The notes under the pieces: generated by a model | Told to the model about the DNA's origin: nothing | Database searches by the model: none | The model's input: only the letters and a program-made list of their open reading frames with translations | Made by a program: the position numbers and the translations under genes | Part shown: positions 58,940 to 64,000 of the stretch, piece after piece | Numbering within the stretch: position 1 is the first letter of the stretch | Layout: the number at the start of each line of letters is the position of its first letter | Source: Coniocarpon cinnabarinum | Taxonomy: Eukaryota | DNA length: 64,000 nucleotides | Assembly (NCBI GenBank): GCA_051942205.1 | Contig: JAVECO010000058.1 | Location: 1-64,000 of the forward strand | Reading direction: 5' to 3'

Positions 58940-60861
58940 ATGTCTTGCAAGCTCCTATGTATGGTCGCCGTCATCATTACCTGCACCGCTCAAACGTTCC
59001 CTTTGGAGCCCCGAGCAGACGCTGTAGCAACTTGTCAAAGCATCAGTGAGAAGATATCACCCGCCAGCGACGTGATCTATGCCTGTAAACACACCCTGAA
59101 TTCATTTCCAAACGTAAAGAATACTAACGCAGAGATCGAGTGAGCCCCAATTTTACGTCAGACATTTCCCATTGGTTCCCATCCTCGACGCAAACGCCTG
59201 CCTGCGTTCTGGAGGCAGGTTCAGCAGAAGATGTTGCTGCGGCAGTACGTTTGAGACTTGATCGTTTCATTATGATAGGGAGACGGAGCTGACCTCTATA
59301 GATCTCCATCATAGGCTCGACGAAGACTCCGTTCGCCGTTAAGAGCGGAGGTCATGCGTCAAACCCGGGCTTCTCCAGCACGACAGGGGTCCATATCAGT
59401 TTCAATCGCATGACGCAGGTCAATCTTTCTTCAGACAAGTCCTCCGTGGAACTAGGCATGGGTCTTGTACGCCTTCTTTTCCATCCAGCTATCAACGCAT
59501 CCATAGATGGCCCCCTCCAGATCCTCTGCCCCGGATCACCATCTAACACAGCTCACAGACTTGGCTCGACGTGTACAAAGCCCTCGACGACAGCGGCATA
59601 AACGTAGTTGGCGGTCGCGTCCCCGGTCCCGGCGTCGGCGGCTTCACCCTCGGCGGCGGTTACTCCTGGAAAACCAACCAGCACGGCCTCACCTGCGACA
59701 CCTTGAAATCACTAACACTCGTCCTTCCCAACGGAACCATTACACAAGTCGACGACAACCAGCCTGATCTCTTCTTCGCGCTCAAAGGCGGGATGAATCG
59801 CTTCGGTGTTGTCACCTCAGCGGAGTACTGGACGCATCCGCAAGTACCGCAAGTGTACGGAGGACTTCGTGTGTATGGCGCCGATCAGGCTGACAAGGTC
59901 TTGAATGCCACCGCCGATTTCTTCACGGACAACACAGATCCTAAGGCTCAGATTATTAGCACGATTGCTGATGGGTTCACCGGTGTTACGGGTACTGTGG
60001 TGATTGCTCTCTTTTTCTACGATGGGCCGGACGAGCCGGACAGCTTCGAGCCCTTTGATGGGATCCCGGCGCTGGTTGATACGGTGCATACGGACTCATT
60101 TGCGGGGCTCATCGGGAGCAGTCCAGCCCCCTCTGCTGGACGAGGCGCATTTCACACGTTCTCGACGACAGGGTTGACTGAGGGGTTCCTGGCGGCAGTG
60201 AGGAATGAGACTGAAGTAAGTGAGCTGTTTCCGAGCCTATCATCCTCTTCGGTACCTCTTCTCTGCTCAACTGTTCCTTCGACTTCCATGTCTAGCGACA
60301 AGAGAAAAGCGGACGACAGGAGACTGCTGGCTGACGCATCATCCCCGCACAGCACTACGCCACCCTCTCCACCCTGCACAGCGGCACCTTCATCTCCTAC
60401 GACATTGAACCATTCCTCACCAACTACGGTCAATACGCCACCGACTCCGCCTTTCCCCACGCCGACTCACCACTTCCGGTAAGTTCCTAATCTCCCTTCA
60501 TCTCTCTCCTCCTCGTTTCAAACCCCATTCTCTTCCTTGATATAACCCCACAGCATCTCCTCTCGACTACTGTTAAAGACGACGCTAATGCATGAAAAAG
60601 CTTAACCTCGACTTCGCCTGGCTCGACCCCCTCGACGACGATTTCTGGACCCAAGCCATGCGCACCTCCGTCACTTACCTTACTACCATCGCTCAAGCCG
60701 AAGGGATTTATACAGATCAACCTGCTTATCCCAATTATGCGATCGCTGGTACCAGTGCTGAGGCTTTGTATGGCAGTAATGCTGCGAGGTTGCGGAGTAT
60801 ACGCTCGAGTGTGGATCCGGATTCTATCATGGAATTGGCTGGTGGCTTTGATTTGTCGTGA
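58940..60861 (+). CDS. Secreted FAD-linked oxidoreductase (FAD_binding_4 / BBE-like), multi-intron
   Basis: Hydrophobic N-terminus; FAVKSGGHASNPGFSST (FAD-linking His motif); GGRVPGPGVGGFTLGGG; DLFFALKGGMNRFGVVT; C-terminal YPNYA..LYGSNAARL..VDP..LAGGF. Confidence 0.9.
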
Positions 60862-61485
60862 TTGATGTTGTGACTCGGATTCCGTCGACTTCTATTAGCG
60901 GAGTTTGAGAGGTTGAGAGATTCATTACTTTCTTCAAAGGCGTGTAGTTTAACTCGCGTCGCTTGACTTGCGTCGCGTAATATACATGGGGAATGCAAAT
61001 TTCTTGAATATCTAACAGCTCTTCAAGCCATCGCGAGACGCCCTGTTCAGCTCTCGAAGCGTCACAGTCGCGTACTAAAGCATGAAAGAGAGCGCCTTGT
61101 ATACTTTCTAAATGCTTCCTGAATGCTTTGATGCCTGAGATACTTGCACAAGCAACTTACGAGGCTGCACAGCAGATGGAGAGGACCCAAGCCATGCGTC
61201 CGTAGCCAAATATGCTCAGCCACGACCCATGCTTGAAGAGCATTAGCCATAGCCATTGAACCGTTCTCACAGTACACGATCGATGTCAAGATCCATAATG
61301 CATCAAATCCAATATCGTTCATGACTCGCCGCATGAGTTAATATCATTAAAGGTCATTAACAGGGTATCGCTATCTCTGTCCACCCGTCGAGCCTCGACC
61401 GTGCTTCCAGCACGCCAGCTCAGTCCCTGTGCACACTCCAGACGCCACTGCCAGAACCAGAAAAACAACCACCCGCGTCCTCCAC

Positions 61486-62892
61486 TTAGACCGGTTTCTG
61501 CTGCGCACCTTGCTCCGGCGGCTTCTGCCCAAACGCGTAAACAACTCCCACACTTTCGACGCGCTTCCCCGCCATCTGCTGAATGCGCGCAGGCAACTCG
61601 CCATTCCGCCATAATAACTCCGTCTCATCCCCACCTCCAATACTCTTCCCATTCACAAGCACATTCGGCACCGTCTTGCGCCCCGTCGTCTTCTGCAACA
61701 ACTTTTGCAGTGCCGGACCGTCGGGGTGCTCGTTGAGTTCGACGACGAAGGGCGCCGGTTTGATGGCGTACGCTTCGAGGAGAATGCGTTTCGCTTTCAT
61801 GGAAAAGGGACAGTGGCTTTTGGAGAAGATGGTGACGGGGCTTTTGGCAAGGATTTCGGCGAGCAACGTCCGTGTATGATGGGCCTCGTCGTCTTCCCCT
61901 GTGTCTTTGTGTTGGTCTTTGTCTTGGATGGATTTCTTTTTGGGGTCGGAGGTGGCGAAGGCGGGGTTGGGCTCCGCGTTGGAGGGGTCTTTGGAGGACG
62001 GCACATCTTTCTCTTGTGAATCTTGTGAGTTTTGTGACTCGGCGGGGACCTTTTTGCGGCCGGCGATGGATTTCTCGGCTTGAGCGTCGGAAGATGCGTC
62101 TTTGCTGTTGGGCTGGCGGTCGGAGGTATCTGAATCGTTGTCCTCTCCCTCGTCCTGGACCTTGTCTTTATTGGACTTGAGCTTCTCTCTCATCCTGTCG
62201 AGTGCCTCCTTCTTGGTGCTGTGGATCGGTGCGTTGACATCATCACCGCGTTGTTCACGCTCCTTGCGGACTTCATCCTCGATATCCTTCAGGGCTCTGT
62301 ACTTTTCATCCGCGCTCTTCTTGGCCGCGCGCTCCGCTTGATTCAGCCTTTCTCTGAGCTTGGCATCTGTGTCTATCAACGGTCGCTGACCCCGCTGGTG
62401 ACTCTGGTCCACTGGTCCAATCTCCAGCTCTTCTGCGGAAATGGGCTCGCCGTCCAGACCAATCGGTTGACCATCTGGACCTATCGCCGGCTCGCCCTTC
62501 AGCTTTCCATGCTCCATGGCTGCTCGCTCTTGCGGCGTCAAGTGGTGCTCTCCTTCTGCGAAATGTAGCCCGCCCGCTCTATGGATGGGTCGATCGGGGA
62601 TCTTGTTCTCATTCGGGTCTGGTCCTCGCCCAGCGCGGTAGTCCATCAATGCTACGGTCTTCTGATAGAACGCCGAATTTCGTGTCGAGGCGGGTCCGGT
62701 GGTAACATAGATGATGACGAGAACGAGGAGAATCGAGAAGAAAAGAGCGTAGCGGACCTTGAGTGCAAAGGGCATTCTGGGGTTGCTGGAGCGTCTTCGG
62801 TGATGTGAGGAGGACTGGAAGACTGGAGGCAGCGGTTTAGAACGATTGTGAGAACGGTCGCGGCTACGAGGAGGTGGTGATTTGGGTGCCAT
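61486..62892 (-). CDS. Membrane-anchored monothiol glutaredoxin (Grx6/7-like)
   Basis: N-terminal TM segment ALFFSILLVLVIIYV; C-terminal IFSKSHCPFS..TGRKTVPNVLVNGKSIGGGD; alternative start at 62775 (MPFALKVR). Confidence 0.85.
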   Translation of the reverse strand: MAPKSPPPRSRDRSHNRSKPLPPVFQSSSHHRRRSSNPRMPFALKVRYALFFSILLVLVIIYVTTGPASTRNSAFYQKTVALMDYRAGRGPDPNENKIPDRPIHRAGGLHFAEGEHHLTPQERAAMEHGKLKGEPAIGPDGQPIGLDGEPISAEELEIGPVDQSHQRGQRPLIDTDAKLRERLNQAERAAKKSADEKYRALKDIEDEVRKEREQRGDDVNAPIHSTKKEALDRMREKLKSNKDKVQDEGEDNDSDTSDRQPNSKDASSDAQAEKSIAGRKKVPAESQNSQDSQEKDVPSSKDPSNAEPNPAFATSDPKKKSIQDKDQHKDTGEDDEAHHTRTLLAEILAKSPVTIFSKSHCPFSMKAKRILLEAYAIKPAPFVVELNEHPDGPALQKLLQKTTGRKTVPNVLVNGKSIGGGDETELLWRNGELPARIQQMAGKRVESVGVVYAFGQKPPEQGAQQKPV

Positions 62893-64000
62893 CTGACTGC
62901 GCACCCTCTCTGCCCTTCGCGATGCGCGTGAGGGAGAAAGGTGCAATCAATGGGGCGTGTCGATCTTTGCGAGTCAGGCGGCGCTTGCAAGGGGCGGCAC
63001 GGTCAGTAGTGATTTTAGTATCCCAAAGCCAACTGGCCAGCGAAGCTTGATATGGACAAGATGATTCTGATGCTCGAGGAGTAGGAGTGTGCAGGGTGAT
63101 ACGCAGAGTTTCAAGTAATGCGTGAGGCACCTGTTGACGTGCGGCGTCGCCCCGCGGCGATCAAGAGGACAGGAAGCAGGAGCCGCAAAGGCTAGAATTT
63201 GCAAGACCAAGGCGTGGAGGGGCCAGTGGGTGGTCTTTGCAGGTGAGGGCGGCTGTGGAAACGCCCGCGTGGCCGCAAGCTATTCATCGACGAGCGGTTG
63301 ACAGCGGTTCGTAGGATTTTACGACACGAACAGCTCCAAGTACGAACCGTTTTTACTGATGATCGGCAGATGATGAGAGAAGAGACAAGGAGGAGTATGT
63401 GGCCAGGTGAGGCGAGGAGATGCGGTCTTGGCGCCCAAACTAAAGATGAGAGACGCCGCGTCTTTGTACCTGCTTCTTGTCCCCACTCCCTGGATGCTCT
63501 TTCGACGTCTCTCAACGGTGTGCCTGCTCGCCGAACCAGAGGAGAGCAGTCACTTACCCGCTGACGAGAGCCAAAGCCGTCGACAAGCTGCACCCTGATT
63601 GGTCTAGCGGCACATGCAATCTCTGGTTCCTGATCAGAGCTCCATCACTTCTTAGCACCGCGCTATCGCAAGGCACATGTATGCATATCAAGTCAGTCGC
63701 GGCAGCAACTTGGTGAGGACAGCGCGTCCACAGCGGCAGGTCATTTCATTGAGGACATGAGGACTCCACGAGGTCCCAGCAAATGCGGCTCAGAGCCCTC
63801 AGATAGGACGGACCCCCAGTAACAGACATTTCCATATTGAATGTCAGCCGTTGCTCGTGTTGGTTGCGCTTTCTCATTTCCTTTGTATGATATGGTCACA
63901 CATGAAGACGTGAAGCTCAGGTTTCCCGTCAATTCTCACCAAAGTTGTTGAGATAGCGACATCCAGGTCGGTCATGTGAAGCTCAAGGGCGTCCCTTATT

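Noticed and set aside
63874..64000. Open minus frame entering from the right edge (..DALELHMTDLDVAISTTLVRIDGKPELHVFMCDHIIQRK*)
   Set aside because: Too short to support without the adjacent sequence.
1..64000. tRNA, rRNA, CRISPR arrays, intact transposons or viral genes
   Set aside because: No T-loop/D-loop tRNA pattern, repeat-spacer array, RT, transposase, recombinase or long terminal repeats recognised by eye; dedicated scans are needed to exclude them fully.

Overview
Eukaryotic, intron-containing DNA from a filamentous ascomycete (Pezizomycotina; GT..CTRAY..YAG introns, mostly about 50-100 nt). I reconstructed about 26 protein-coding genes by hand. Most are conserved housekeeping genes: SNF2 helicase (runs off the left edge), AGC/YANK-type kinase, UBC8, MsrB, NAS6, TMF1/SGM1, TRAPPC11, NIT-type amidase, aldo-keto reductase, prefoldin 5, P5C dehydrogenase, cytochrome-b5-like MAPR protein, NOP4, GPI11, FAM32A-like, PEX16, RPN8, SWS1-like SWIM protein, RPL9, a secreted FAD oxidase and a membrane-anchored glutaredoxin. 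Two gene-poor accessory stretches (about 24-35 kb and 44.5-50 kb) hold a PTH11-like membrane protein, relic reading frames, repeats and small orphan genes. Most notable observations: (1) UBC8 needs 8-nt, 3-nt and apparently 1-nt micro-exons to give the conserved protein. (2) A dense array of palindromes, hairpins and E-boxes lies directly upstream of a 90-aa Cys-rich gene that the ORF track misses. (3) Two divergent small paralogues with a dsRBD-like pattern sit next to a KH-like orphan gene. (4) A roughly 260-nt self-complementary GC-rich intergenic segment. (5) A GC-AG intron in the kinase. No tRNA, rRNA, CRISPR array or intact transposon was recognised. All family assignments come from motif recognition, not database searches.
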